Part shown: one piece after another, positions 23,069 through 32,462 of the stretch | Layout of the letters: every line of letters starts with the position of its first letter | Position numbering within the stretch: the first letter of the stretch is position 1 | Virus record (IMG/VR): IMGVR_UViG_3300005573_000146 | Span: 1 to 43,511 of that record | DNA: 43,511 bases | Strand: one strand, 5' to 3' | Origin: a virus | Lineage: Duplodnaviria > Caudoviricetes | The notes under the pieces: model-generated | What the model was told of the DNA's origin: nothing | The model's database searches: none | The model's input: the letters and a program-made list of their open reading frames with translations, nothing else | Position numbers and translations under genes: made by a program

Positions 23069-24981
23069 TGGGTAACGTATTCGCAGCACAACCTCAGCTT
23101 GACGCGAACTTCCCGAAGATCGCCCGTCTGTGGACGGACCCGATCTCGGGTTTATCCGTTCCCAAAGACCCCGACGCGAATCTGCAATGGCGGGCGGAGA
23201 TGCTCGCTGCTGCGGAGAGCGACCGCGAGCTTCAGGTGGACCTGTACACCGCCTGCTCGCAGTCGATCCTGTTTTGGGTCAACGCCTTCGCCTTCACGCT
23301 CCGCGTCTTCGAGCCCGACGGGGCGGGCAAGGTTCGACAGGCCACGCACACGCACCTTCCCTACGTGACATGGGAAGTCCAGGACAAGCATCTGCTGCGG
23401 CTGGAGTCAGCTATCGAGAACGGCGAGAGCCTGCTGACGGACAAGAGCCGCGATATGGGGGCGACGTGGGATCACGTTGCAGTATACGTCCACCGCTTCT
23501 TGTTCCGCGACGACGAGACGCACCTGATGATGAGCCGTAAAGAGGATGCCGTGGACATCCTCGACGGCGTGCCCAAGGCGTACCCGTACGGCCCGCTGGC
23601 TGATCCGGGCACGCTGTTCGGCAAGCTCGACTACATCCTGAGCCGGCTCCCCGAGTGGATGCTGCCGAGGATGAGCCGCAAGAAGATGCACCTTGTCAAC
23701 CTGGATACGCGGACGCGCATCGACGGCGAATCCTCGAATGCGACGGCTGGCTCCTCCGACCGCCGAACGTCGATCTTCCTGGACGAAATGGCGAAGATGG
23801 ACGAGGGCGAGGCGATCAAGCGGAGCACGGCGGACGTGACGGCGTGCCGCCTCGTATGCTCGACGCCGAACGGGGCGGGTACGGCGTACTCGAAGTGGCG
23901 GCTGAGCGGCACGATTCCGGTGTTTATCCTGCCGTGGTGGGAGCATCCCGAGAAGGGCAAGGGGCGGTATACGGTTCAGGACCATCTCGGCCGGTGGAAG
24001 ATTCGCTCGCCGTGGTACGACGCCGAGGAAAAAAAGCGAACGCCGAAGGAAATGGCGGTTGAAATCGACATGGATCATGTCGGCAGCGGCGACTTGTTCT
24101 TCGAGTCGAACATCATCGAAGAACACAAGAAGATGTTCGGCCGCACGGCACCGAAAAAGCTGACGATCACGTTCCGCAAGGGCACGTCGGACGAGAAGAT
24201 TTCCGAGTCCCTGACGCGGCGGGACACGTCAGTTATCGCCTACATCTCCAACGGCGGCATGTGGCGGGTGTGGGGCTCGCTGGTGAAGGGCCGCCCCGAT
24301 CAGTCCAAGACGTACACGATCGGCGTGGACATCAGCAAGGGACAGGGTGCCTCAAACAGCACCATGTCCATCATGTGCAACGAGACCCGCGAGAAGATCG
24401 CCGAGGCGGCGTCTGCTGACCTACCGCCCTACGAGTGGGCAAAGGCCGCCTGTGCGGCGGCGTTGTGGTGCGGGGGACGCAACCGGCCGCTCCTGATCTG
24501 GGAGAACAACGGCGATCCCGGCTTCGACTTCGGCCGGCAACTTGTCCACGTCTACCACTACCCGAACATCTACTTCGACCGTGTGGCCGGCACCATCGCC
24601 GAGAAGCGTGGCAAGCGGTATGGCTGGCGGTCGAATCCCGAGAAGAAGGCTGCGGCCCTCGGCCTGCTGCGGCGTGCCTACGCACGCGGCACGTTCATCA
24701 ACCACAGCGTCGAGGCACTCGACGAGGCGTTGACCTACGTGCATTACGACGGCGGCGGCATCGGCCCCGCGTCGCTCGTTGAGGAGTCCGACGCCGTACG
24801 CAAGGCTCACGGCGACCGCGTGATTGCGGACATGCTGTGTGTTGTCGGCATCTCCGAGATGCCCAAGACCCGACGCGGCGAGATGCCGACTCCGAAGCGA
24901 TCGTTCGGGCACCGGCTCAAGCAGTTCCAGCGAAACAAGAAGATGAGTAAGCGGGAAGACCGCTTTGACTTTTTGAGGTAA
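23068..24981 (+). CDS. terL: Terminase large subunit
   Basis: KSRDMGATW (Walker A), IFLDE (Walker B), STPNG coupling motif, nuclease motifs IGVDISKG and HGDRVIAD. Confidence 0.92.
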   Translation: MGNVFAAQPQLDANFPKIARLWTDPISGLSVPKDPDANLQWRAEMLAAAESDRELQVDLYTACSQSILFWVNAFAFTLRVFEPDGAGKVRQATHTHLPYVTWEVQDKHLLRLESAIENGESLLTDKSRDMGATWDHVAVYVHRFLFRDDETHLMMSRKEDAVDILDGVPKAYPYGPLADPGTLFGKLDYILSRLPEWMLPRMSRKKMHLVNLDTRTRIDGESSNATAGSSDRRTSIFLDEMAKMDEGEAIKRSTADVTACRLVCSTPNGAGTAYSKWRLSGTIPVFILPWWEHPEKGKGRYTVQDHLGRWKIRSPWYDAEEKKRTPKEMAVEIDMDHVGSGDLFFESNIIEEHKKMFGRTAPKKLTITFRKGTSDEKISESLTRRDTSVIAYISNGGMWRVWGSLVKGRPDQSKTYTIGVDISKGQGASNSTMSIMCNETREKIAEAASADLPPYEWAKAACAAALWCGGRNRPLLIWENNGDPGFDFGRQLVHVYHYPNIYFDRVAGTIAEKRGKRYGWRSNPEKKAAALGLLRRAYARGTFINHSVEALDEALTYVHYDGGGIGPASLVEESDAVRKAHGDRVIADMLCVVGISEMPKTRRGEMPTPKRSFGHRLKQFQRNKKMSKREDRFDFLR

Positions 24982-24984
24982 CAC

Positions 24985-26877
24985 ATGCCACTGAGCATCA
25001 CCCCACGCAAGGTCCAGGAAGCCGTCCATCGCGGAGTGAAGCGGATGCACAACTTCCGTGCCGCTCGGCTCATGTTCCTGCGGAACTACGTCGGCCAGTA
25101 TTACGACCGTGCGAGCGGCGAAGTCGGCACCGAGGCGTTGGGCCTGATCTTCAACGCGATCCGGGCACTCGTGCCCCATATCGTGATGAACTTCCCGCAT
25201 TTCAACCTTCGCAGCCCCTATCTGGCCATGCAGGACTACGGCGAGCTTCTGGGGTTGGCGATCGACCAGCACAGCATCAAGATCGACGTGAAGTCGAAAT
25301 ACCGCCGGGGTCTGGTGGACTCCATCTTCACGCTGGGCGTCTGGAAAACCGGGCTCGCCCAGAGCAACAGCCTGTATGCCATCGACCCCGACGACCGCAT
25401 TGACGGGGGCACGGTATACACCGAAGTCGTGGACTTCGATAACTTCGTAGTTGACCCCAATTCCCGCGAGCATCTGTTTGCGGACGCCCGCTTCCTCGGC
25501 GACCGAATCTACATCTCCCGGCAAAAGCTCCTGGACAGCGGCCTGTACAAGAACGATTTGGTGGAGCGGCTGCCGCGTGTGGATTCCATGCACGCCCGCG
25601 ACCACGCCTACGAGCTTTCGATGCAGGGCATCCAGATCGACGAGAACTTCGAGATGGAAGACATCGTGGAAGTCATCGAACTATGGGTGCCGGCTGCTAG
25701 GGCGACGGTGACGGTGCCGGGTTCGCGGGAAGTCACGTTCGAGGATTTCCTGCGGGTGGACGATTTCTATGGGCCGGATGAAGGGCCGTACACGCTGCTC
25801 GCCCTGACGCCCCCGGTCCCCGGCAATCCGCTGCCGATCCCGATGGTGGGCGTGTGGAACGATCTGCACATCCTCGCTAACAAGATGGCGAAGAAGATCG
25901 TGGATCAGGCGTTGCGGCAAAAGGACATTGTAACCTACCGCCGGGCGGCGGCTGACGACGCTCAGGAGATGCTCGACGCACAGGACGGCGAGTCGATTGC
26001 TTGTGATGACCCGGATGGCGTGGCGGTCAAGAGCTTCGGCGGGCAGCAGAACAGCAACGAGGTTCACCTGTCGCAGCTTCAGGCGTGGTTCAACTACATG
26101 GCGGCGAACCCCGACGCCCTCGCGGGCCTCGGTATGAATACTGGATCGGCGACAGAGACGCGCGTGCTGGCAGGCAACGCCAGCGTCGGCCTCGAAGACA
26201 TGCGGGACATGATGTACTCGGCCGCCGCAGCCGAGGGACGCCGTCGGGCGTGGTACTTCCACACCGATCCCCTGATTGAAATTCCGCTGGTGCGTCGCAA
26301 GCCCATGCCGGCTCAGTACGTGCCGGGTATGAACGGGCCGCTCATGGTGACGCCCGCCCAGATCGTCGAGGAACAGGTGCTTCTGACGCCTGAGGCCCGG
26401 CGAGGCGACTTCATCGACTTCGTGTTCAGTGTCGAGCCCGAGTCGATGGGGCGGCGTGATTCCCGCACGCGGTTCGCTCAGGCCCTCGACTTCGCCACGA
26501 AGATTCTGCCGGCCGCCGCGTCTTCTGCACAGACGATGGCGTTGCTCGGCATTCCGTTCTCCGCGAAGGAGTTCATCGTCCGCATGGCCAAGGATGCGGG
26601 GATCGACTGGATGGATCAGGTCTTCTACGACCCCGAGTTCCAACAGCAAATGGCGATGCGGATGATGTCCGGCCCGCAGCCGCAGGACTCGAAGGGGCAG
26701 TTGGGCCAGAAGGTCCAGCCGAATCCGAGCGCGGGCGGAAGCCTGATGGACCAGATCGCCCAGAATGGCCAGCCGGCAAACGTGATGAACAACCCCGACC
26801 TAACGGAGCAGGCGATGGCCGAGTTCCAGTCGGGGGCCAATGAGGGGCAGGCGATGGTGAAGAAGGAGATGTTCTAA
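24985..26877 (+). CDS. Portal protein
   Basis: 630 aa directly after terL; GVWKTG, FVVDP, SATE motifs and a Gln/Met-rich C-terminal tail typical of podoviral portals. Confidence 0.82.
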   Translation: MPLSITPRKVQEAVHRGVKRMHNFRAARLMFLRNYVGQYYDRASGEVGTEALGLIFNAIRALVPHIVMNFPHFNLRSPYLAMQDYGELLGLAIDQHSIKIDVKSKYRRGLVDSIFTLGVWKTGLAQSNSLYAIDPDDRIDGGTVYTEVVDFDNFVVDPNSREHLFADARFLGDRIYISRQKLLDSGLYKNDLVERLPRVDSMHARDHAYELSMQGIQIDENFEMEDIVEVIELWVPAARATVTVPGSREVTFEDFLRVDDFYGPDEGPYTLLALTPPVPGNPLPIPMVGVWNDLHILANKMAKKIVDQALRQKDIVTYRRAAADDAQEMLDAQDGESIACDDPDGVAVKSFGGQQNSNEVHLSQLQAWFNYMAANPDALAGLGMNTGSATETRVLAGNASVGLEDMRDMMYSAAAAEGRRRAWYFHTDPLIEIPLVRRKPMPAQYVPGMNGPLMVTPAQIVEEQVLLTPEARRGDFIDFVFSVEPESMGRRDSRTRFAQALDFATKILPAAASSAQTMALLGIPFSAKEFIVRMAKDAGIDWMDQVFYDPEFQQQMAMRMMSGPQPQDSKGQLGQKVQPNPSAGGSLMDQIAQNGQPANVMNNPDLTEQAMAEFQSGANEGQAMVKKEMF

Positions 26878-26878
26878 G

Positions 26879-27220
26879 ATGCCGATGTACGACTACAAAT
26901 GCGATTACTGCCACGCTGAGCGGGATGAATTCCAGAAGATGAGCAGCGAGCCGTTGACGGTATGCCCCGTGTGCGGGGCCTCGGCGTACCATCGCGTACC
27001 GTCCCTGCCTAGCACCGACCTGAAGGAGTTCGATAAGCCGATCGAGATGTTCTCGATCGGGTTGAACGACGATGAGGAGATTCGGGAGTTCAAGGCCAAA
27101 TGTCCCGATGTGGACGTGGCGACAGACCCGAACGATCCACTCTACGGCGTACCGATCGCCCGCAGCCGGAGCCAGAAGAAGACGGCTCTGGCGGCGATGG
27201 GGTTCGTGGAGCGTAACTAA
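26879..27220 (+). CDS. FmdB-family zinc ribbon protein
   Basis: MPMYDYKCDYC...EFQKMSSEPLTVCPVCG. Confidence 0.85.
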   Translation: MPMYDYKCDYCHAERDEFQKMSSEPLTVCPVCGASAYHRVPSLPSTDLKEFDKPIEMFSIGLNDDEEIREFKAKCPDVDVATDPNDPLYGVPIARSRSQKKTALAAMGFVERN

Positions 27221-27247
27221 CAGGAGGCGAACAGACCGCAAATTTAT

Positions 27248-27276
27248 TTGACAGAACAGTGTTTGTGTGGTATAAT
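27248..27276 (+). promoter_or_regulatory. Consensus sigma70 promoter for scaffold/capsid genes
   Basis: TTGACA-gaacagtgtttgtgtgg(17)-TATAAT, perfect -35 and -10 with extended TG. Confidence 0.85.
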
Positions 27277-27343
27277 TCCAGTTGCAGACTTCGATTCTTT
27301 GGCCCCCTACCCCGGCATAGCCGGCAGCGGGCCGGGAGAACCC

Positions 27344-28462
27344 ATGCCGAATCTTGAAGATGGAGCCTCCGTGGAGGCTCAGGCTGCGGAAACGCAGCAG
27401 ACCGAAACCCCGTCGTTCGACCGTGCCGCTCTGGAGGCGAAAGTCTCCGAGAGCCTCGCCGCCGCGTTTGGTGACGACACCGAGGAAACCGCCCCAGCTA
27501 CTGACGAATCGGCTGATTCGTCAAAGGCCGAGGAGAAGGAAACCGAGGAAGCGAAGACCGGCGAGGATGAAGGTCAGGGTGCGGAGGAGCAGGGCAAGGA
27601 GGAGATCGAGATCGAAGGCAAGCCGGAGGAGACGGAGGAAGCAGCGGCCGAGGCCGGGAAGAAGCCGGACAACGCCCCTACCCTTCCCGACGCGTACCGC
27701 CGCAGCCTGAAGGCGTACGGATGGCAGGATGAGGATATCGACAAGAACCTGTCGCTCCTCGGCAACGAGTTCCTCAAGACCGCTGCCCTGATCCACTCCA
27801 ACCGGAACGCCGAAACCGCCCGGACGGCGGAGATCGGGCGTCAGGCCCGCCAGCAGCAACAGGAGCAGGCCGGCAACGCCCAGCAGCAGAAGGCCAGCGG
27901 CGGCATCGAGCCGCTGAAGCCGGTGGATGCTGATGCCCTGAAGGAGCATTTGGGCGATGACCCGATCGTGGAAAAGCTGGTTGGGCCGGTGAATGCCGCC
28001 ATTGAGCGGATCAACCAGATTCTTCCCGAAGTGTACACCTACCGTCAGTCTGCCCAGCAGGCCGAGCTTGAAACACTCGGTAAGCAGATTGACGAGTTCT
28101 TCGGGGATAAGGGTCTGGAGCCGTATCGCGAAGTGTACGGCGACGGGACGAGGACGCTGACGGAGCAGCAGATTCGAGCCCGCAACAAGGTGCTGGAGAC
28201 GGCGGACGCCCTGGTCTTGGGTGCGAAAATCCAGGGTCGCAAGCTCACTCTCGGTGAGGCGTTGCAAGCCGCTCACGATTCAGTCTCCGGCGAGTTCAAG
28301 GAGAAGGCTGTTCGCGCCACGATCAAGAAGACGCTGACGCAGCGGGCGAGGGGCATCACCCTGAAGCCCAGCAGCGGCAAGCCGTCCTCCGGCGGCGGAG
28401 TCGAGAGCCGTTCCGACCTGGAGAAGAAGACTGCTGAGCGGCTGCGGGCTGCGTTCGCCTGA
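27344..28462 (+). CDS. Putative capsid scaffolding protein
   Basis: Very acidic N-terminus and helical C-terminus, between portal and capsid. Start refined to MPNLEDG (GGAG RBS), because the track's start lies inside the promoter. Confidence 0.75.
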   Translation: MPNLEDGASVEAQAAETQQTETPSFDRAALEAKVSESLAAAFGDDTEETAPATDESADSSKAEEKETEEAKTGEDEGQGAEEQGKEEIEIEGKPEETEEAAAEAGKKPDNAPTLPDAYRRSLKAYGWQDEDIDKNLSLLGNEFLKTAALIHSNRNAETARTAEIGRQARQQQQEQAGNAQQQKASGGIEPLKPVDADALKEHLGDDPIVEKLVGPVNAAIERINQILPEVYTYRQSAQQAELETLGKQIDEFFGDKGLEPYREVYGDGTRTLTEQQIRARNKVLETADALVLGAKIQGRKLTLGEALQAAHDSVSGEFKEKAVRATIKKTLTQRARGITLKPSSGKPSSGGGVESRSDLEKKTAERLRAAFA

Positions 28463-28498
28463 TCGTTCTAGGAATCAAACGGAGAAGGAGAGTGAAGG

Positions 28499-29617
28499 AT
28501 GGGCGTTGACAATGATAAACTCGCTGACCTGATCGCGACTACCCTGAAGGACTTGCCCAAGGGGCAGTTCGAGGTCATGTGGGACAGCCAGGACTACGTG
28601 CTCTGCCGGATTTATCAGGAGCAGCGTCGTCAGATTGACGGCGGCACCAGCATCCAGCGAAACGTGATCCTGGATCGCAACGGGCGTGCTCGGTATCGTC
28701 GGCTGTATGACACCGATCAGCCCACCGTCGATCAGAACATGCACACGATCGACGTGCCGTGGACGCAGATCGGCACCGACTACTCGTGGGATGTCGTCGA
28801 AATCCTGCGAAACAAGAACTCCACCAAAGGGTTCATCAACCTCATGGAGTCCCGCCGCACCGAGCGCATGTGGGACTTGGCGGAACTGATCGAGGAACGC
28901 GGCTGGGCGACGCCGACGAGTGCGACCGACCGCCTCTACCCGTACGGCATCCCGTACTACATCAACTTCCTGGACAACGGCTCCAGCACCGGCGGCTTCC
29001 ACGGGAAGACGATCCGCTATCAGGGCGGCACCACGGGCACGATCTGTGCCGGCATCGACGCCGCGACCGAGGAGAAGTGGCGGAACTACGCCGACGTGTA
29101 CACGAAGGTCGATAACAGCCTGCTCCGCAAGCTGCGCTCGGCCGTGCGTCGCACCCGCTTCCGCCCCGCTCCGTTCGTGCCGCAGAACGGGCAGGATAAG
29201 CCGGGCCCGAAGATCGAGTTGTACTCCAACGACGCGATCGTGACGGAGATGGAAGACCTTGCCGACAAGAGGGACGACAACAACGCCCCGCAGGACTTGG
29301 CCGGCAAGATGCTGCACAGCTACGAGGGTGCGGTGTACTTCAACCGCATGCCGCTCCGGTACGTCCCGCAGTTGGACGGGCAGACGGTCGTGGACGGCGG
29401 CGGCAACACCTTCTCGCCTGATGCGATCTACTGCGCCGACTGGAGCAAGATGCAGCCGGTCGTGCAGGATGGTTACTGGATGGAGGAAAGCAAGCCGATG
29501 GTGGATCGTGGTCAGCACACCACGTTCACCGTGTTCCTGGACGGCTCGCACAACAACCTCTGCACGAACCGCCGGACGGTGGGCTTCGTGCTGCACAAGC
29601 TGATTCCCGCCGCCTAA
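28499..29617 (+). CDS. Major capsid protein
   Basis: 372 aa following the scaffold; IATTL, DGGTSI, N-terminal arm and C-terminal GSHNNLCTNRR pattern; strong RBS and downstream hairpin. Confidence 0.85.
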   Translation: MGVDNDKLADLIATTLKDLPKGQFEVMWDSQDYVLCRIYQEQRRQIDGGTSIQRNVILDRNGRARYRRLYDTDQPTVDQNMHTIDVPWTQIGTDYSWDVVEILRNKNSTKGFINLMESRRTERMWDLAELIEERGWATPTSATDRLYPYGIPYYINFLDNGSSTGGFHGKTIRYQGGTTGTICAGIDAATEEKWRNYADVYTKVDNSLLRKLRSAVRRTRFRPAPFVPQNGQDKPGPKIELYSNDAIVTEMEDLADKRDDNNAPQDLAGKMLHSYEGAVYFNRMPLRYVPQLDGQTVVDGGGNTFSPDAIYCADWSKMQPVVQDGYWMEESKPMVDRGQHTTFTVFLDGSHNNLCTNRRTVGFVLHKLIPAA

Positions 29618-29635
29618 ACGCGGCTGACGGTTACG

Positions 29636-29662
29636 GCGGGGCCGAGCGGTAATCGGCCCCGC
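29636..29662 (+). terminator. Hairpin after the capsid gene
   Basis: GCGGGGCCGA-gcggtaa-TCGGCCCCGC, 10-bp stem, weak U tract. Confidence 0.5.
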
Positions 29663-29719
29663 TTCTCGCATCGGGCGGGTGCCTGATGGAGAGACTTCTG
29701 AAGTGAGGAGAGTGACAAG

Positions 29720-30556
29720 ATGGGTTACGGACAGATTGGTTTTTCGCAGGTGGGCGACAGCAATCAGCCCTCCCCGAGCATCTGGGGCGATTGCCCTAAC
29801 ACGCTGCTCCAGGACAAGGGCCTCGGTTACTTCGCCCATGTGGATTTTCTGGGTGCCCCCACGGGCGTCCTCGCCACTGCACTAGACGCGACGACGTGCA
29901 GCTTCGGCGGCGGCTTGAAGATCAGTTGTGACACGGACACCGTGCTCGCGATGAAGGCTGCCGAACAGGGCGGCTATCTGGACATCGAGACGGACGGTGA
30001 CGACAACGACGCCGCTGCCCTGTTCAGCCAGCCCTTCGGCTCCATCGTGAAGAACAGCGGCAAGAAGCTGTGGTTCGAGGCCCGCCTTGAACTCGGTGCG
30101 ATCGGCGATCAGGGCGTGTTCGTCGGGCTTGTCGAGGAAGCCGGGGCGACGCTCGATGTGATCGCCGACAATGCCGGTGCCGATGGTGTCGTGGGCAAAT
30201 CCCTGATCGGGTTCGTGTGCGACAACGGCGACACCGATGCGTTCGACGCGATCTACCGCAAGGACGCGGGCGCTGTTGTCGATGTCCTGAACGACGTGAC
30301 GAACGCGACCGCGATCCCCAGCGACGAGCGTGCCGCCGTCGCTCGGGATACCGAAGTCAAGCTCGGCCTTCGCTTCGACGGTCGGGACAAGCTGACGTGG
30401 TACGTCAACGGCACCCCCGTCGCCCATCGGATCGTTGATGGCACGATCGACCAGAGCAAGAACTACTGTGCGATCGTCGGCATCAAGACGGGTGCCGCCG
30501 CCGCTCAGTCGATCGCCGTGGATTGGGTGCGGTTCGCCGCTCAGGTCCGCAGCTAA
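29720..30556 (+). CDS. Virion structural protein (decoration / lectin-like beta-sandwich)
   Basis: LWFEARL, KLGLRFDG..LTWYVNG, IAVDWVRFA are concanavalin-like strands; follows the capsid gene. Confidence 0.6.
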   Translation: MGYGQIGFSQVGDSNQPSPSIWGDCPNTLLQDKGLGYFAHVDFLGAPTGVLATALDATTCSFGGGLKISCDTDTVLAMKAAEQGGYLDIETDGDDNDAAALFSQPFGSIVKNSGKKLWFEARLELGAIGDQGVFVGLVEEAGATLDVIADNAGADGVVGKSLIGFVCDNGDTDAFDAIYRKDAGAVVDVLNDVTNATAIPSDERAAVARDTEVKLGLRFDGRDKLTWYVNGTPVAHRIVDGTIDQSKNYCAIVGIKTGAAAAQSIAVDWVRFAAQVRS

Positions 30557-30580
30557 GCCCCGAAATCCGTGAGAAAACCG

Positions 30581-30610
30581 GCCCCCTTCTCCTGACACGG
30601 AGGAGGGGGC
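30581..30610. terminator. Hairpin / putative terminator
   Basis: GCCCCCTTCTCC-tgacac-GGAGGAGGGGGC, 12-bp stem, intergenic. Confidence 0.55.
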
Positions 30611-30631
30611 TATCTGCGTGAAAGGCACCCC

Positions 30632-31660
30632 ATGTCCGAGCCGACCAGCACCCTCACCTTCGCTGACCTGATCCTCGAAGTCGCTCACAAGCTGGGCATC
30701 GCCTACTACGGGGCGGACGGCGACGAGGCGGCACAGGTGCCGGTGGACGCCCACGATCTCGATGAGTGCAAGCGGATCGTGAACAACGCGATCCGCATGT
30801 TCATCAGCGACGCCCCGCAGCCGAACGGCTGGCGTTGGCTCCGTCCGATCGCGACCGTAACGCTGTGGACCACGATCCCAGCGGATGTGACAAATACCAT
30901 CACGGCGGTCTATGACGCGGGGACGGGGAAGACGACCCTGACGGCGGTGCGTGAGTCGTTCTATCCGTCGATGGAACTCAAGTCGATCGTGCTCACCGAC
31001 ACAGGCACGTTCACCATTTCTGATTACGTGTCGGCGACGCAGATCAAGGTCTCTGGCAACGCCGCTGCGGCGAACGGCAAGACCTGGAGCATCGAGACGG
31101 ACGGCAACTACACGCTGCCCCAGACCTTCGGCGGCCAGTACAGCGGCGACATCACCTTCATCGCGGGCACGCGACGCGGCACCGGACTGGACTGGACCGA
31201 TGAGTCCGTGATCCGCAAATGGCGGCAGAACATCACCGACCATTCCGGCACGCCGTTCCTGGTTGCGGTTCGCCCGATGACGACGGGTACGCCTCGGCGT
31301 CGTTGGGAGCTGCTCATGTGGCCGAAGCCGATCGAAGTGCTGCACGTCGAGTTTCCGTACACCCTGCACTTCGATTCGCTCGTCAACCTGACTGACGTTC
31401 ACCCGGCACCGTTCGGCTTCGACGAGGCGGTCAAGGCCGCGTGCCTTGCTGTCGCCGAGAAGGAGAAGAACGACACGCTCGGCGTGGACTGGCAATACTA
31501 CCGGGAAGTGGCCCTTCCCAACGCTTATCGTGTGGACGCGATGAGTGCTCCGAAAAAGCTGGGGTACTTTGGCAATCCGGGTCCGGTCAAAGCATCGGAG
31601 GCGATTCGGTATTTCCGCAATCGCCTCTACCAGCGTCCGAGTGTGACCCTCAACGGGTGA
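30632..31660 (+). CDS. Putative head-tail adaptor (tail tubular A-like)
   Basis: LTFADLILEV, IVNNAIR...WRWL, YTLP..F, LLMWPKP, P..FDEAVKAACLA fit the adaptor pattern; position after the head genes. Confidence 0.65.
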   Translation: MSEPTSTLTFADLILEVAHKLGIAYYGADGDEAAQVPVDAHDLDECKRIVNNAIRMFISDAPQPNGWRWLRPIATVTLWTTIPADVTNTITAVYDAGTGKTTLTAVRESFYPSMELKSIVLTDTGTFTISDYVSATQIKVSGNAAAANGKTWSIETDGNYTLPQTFGGQYSGDITFIAGTRRGTGLDWTDESVIRKWRQNITDHSGTPFLVAVRPMTTGTPRRRWELLMWPKPIEVLHVEFPYTLHFDSLVNLTDVHPAPFGFDEAVKAACLAVAEKEKNDTLGVDWQYYREVALPNAYRVDAMSAPKKLGYFGNPGPVKASEAIRYFRNRLYQRPSVTLNG

Positions 31661-31697
31661 TTCGAATCTCCGAGTCCCCAAGCAAGGAGAGTGAGAG

Positions 31698-32420
31698 ATG
31701 AAGTTCAGTCTGAACAACTTCCTGTATGCCATCAAGCAGATTGTGACCGGCGACAAGGCGGAGGATGGCGGCTTCCTGAAGAAAGACGAGGGTATCTCCC
31801 TCGCGACGTTGCGGCCGGTTCTGAACCTGTCCGCGATCAAGGACAACACGGGCGGCGTGGTTTCCACCACGATCGCCAACACCGCCGGATCCGCCCCGAC
31901 CACGGCGGAGTTCGAGAACGCCATCGCTTCGATCGTGGCTCAGTTGAACACGATCGTCAATCACCTGTCCGGCACCGCGAGCGAGACGAACGCTCGGGTG
32001 CTCCAGGTGGAGAATGGCGTGGACACGATCGGCAACATCCGGTACGTCGTGCCCCGCGACTACGACGAGGCGGTGGACTCGCTGAAGCTCCGCGTGCTGG
32101 CCTCGGTGCTCGGCGTGGCGACGGACGGTGACGTGCAGCTTGACGCGGAAGTCTACGTCAAGAAAGCCGGTGTCGCACTGTCGGCGGACAAGAACCCTGA
32201 TAAGCCGGCGACGGTGTTGGCAGTGGCGGAGCAGTGGGTGGAGTTCGACCTGTCCGGCTATGGGCTCAAACGCGACGACATCGTGTACATCAAGCTCATC
32301 ACCGATGGGCACAACGACACGGTCGGCGAGGAAGTCCAGGTTCACGATCTGGAGCTTGTCTACCGCAGCACGCTCGTCAGCTACAACGAGAACGACTCCA
32401 GCGGGAACGGTCTCCGCTAA
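31698..32420 (+). CDS. Putative virion structural protein
   Basis: 240 aa, strong AAGGAG RBS, in the structural operon. Confidence 0.6.
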   Translation: MKFSLNNFLYAIKQIVTGDKAEDGGFLKKDEGISLATLRPVLNLSAIKDNTGGVVSTTIANTAGSAPTTAEFENAIASIVAQLNTIVNHLSGTASETNARVLQVENGVDTIGNIRYVVPRDYDEAVDSLKLRVLASVLGVATDGDVQLDAEVYVKKAGVALSADKNPDKPATVLAVAEQWVEFDLSGYGLKRDDIVYIKLITDGHNDTVGEEVQVHDLELVYRSTLVSYNENDSSGNGLR

Positions 32421-32427
32421 CTCAGGA

Positions 32428-32451
32428 TCGGACTCCCTAACGGGAGTCCGA
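32428..32451 (+). terminator. Putative intrinsic terminator
   Basis: TCGGACTCCC-taac-GGGAGTCCGA followed by a pyrimidine run. Confidence 0.6.
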
Positions 32452-32462
32452 CCCCTTTCCTT

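Noticed and set aside
27248-27343. N-terminal extension of the scaffold protein given in the ORF track
   Set aside because: The TTG start is the -35 box of a consensus promoter; ATG 27344 has a proper RBS.
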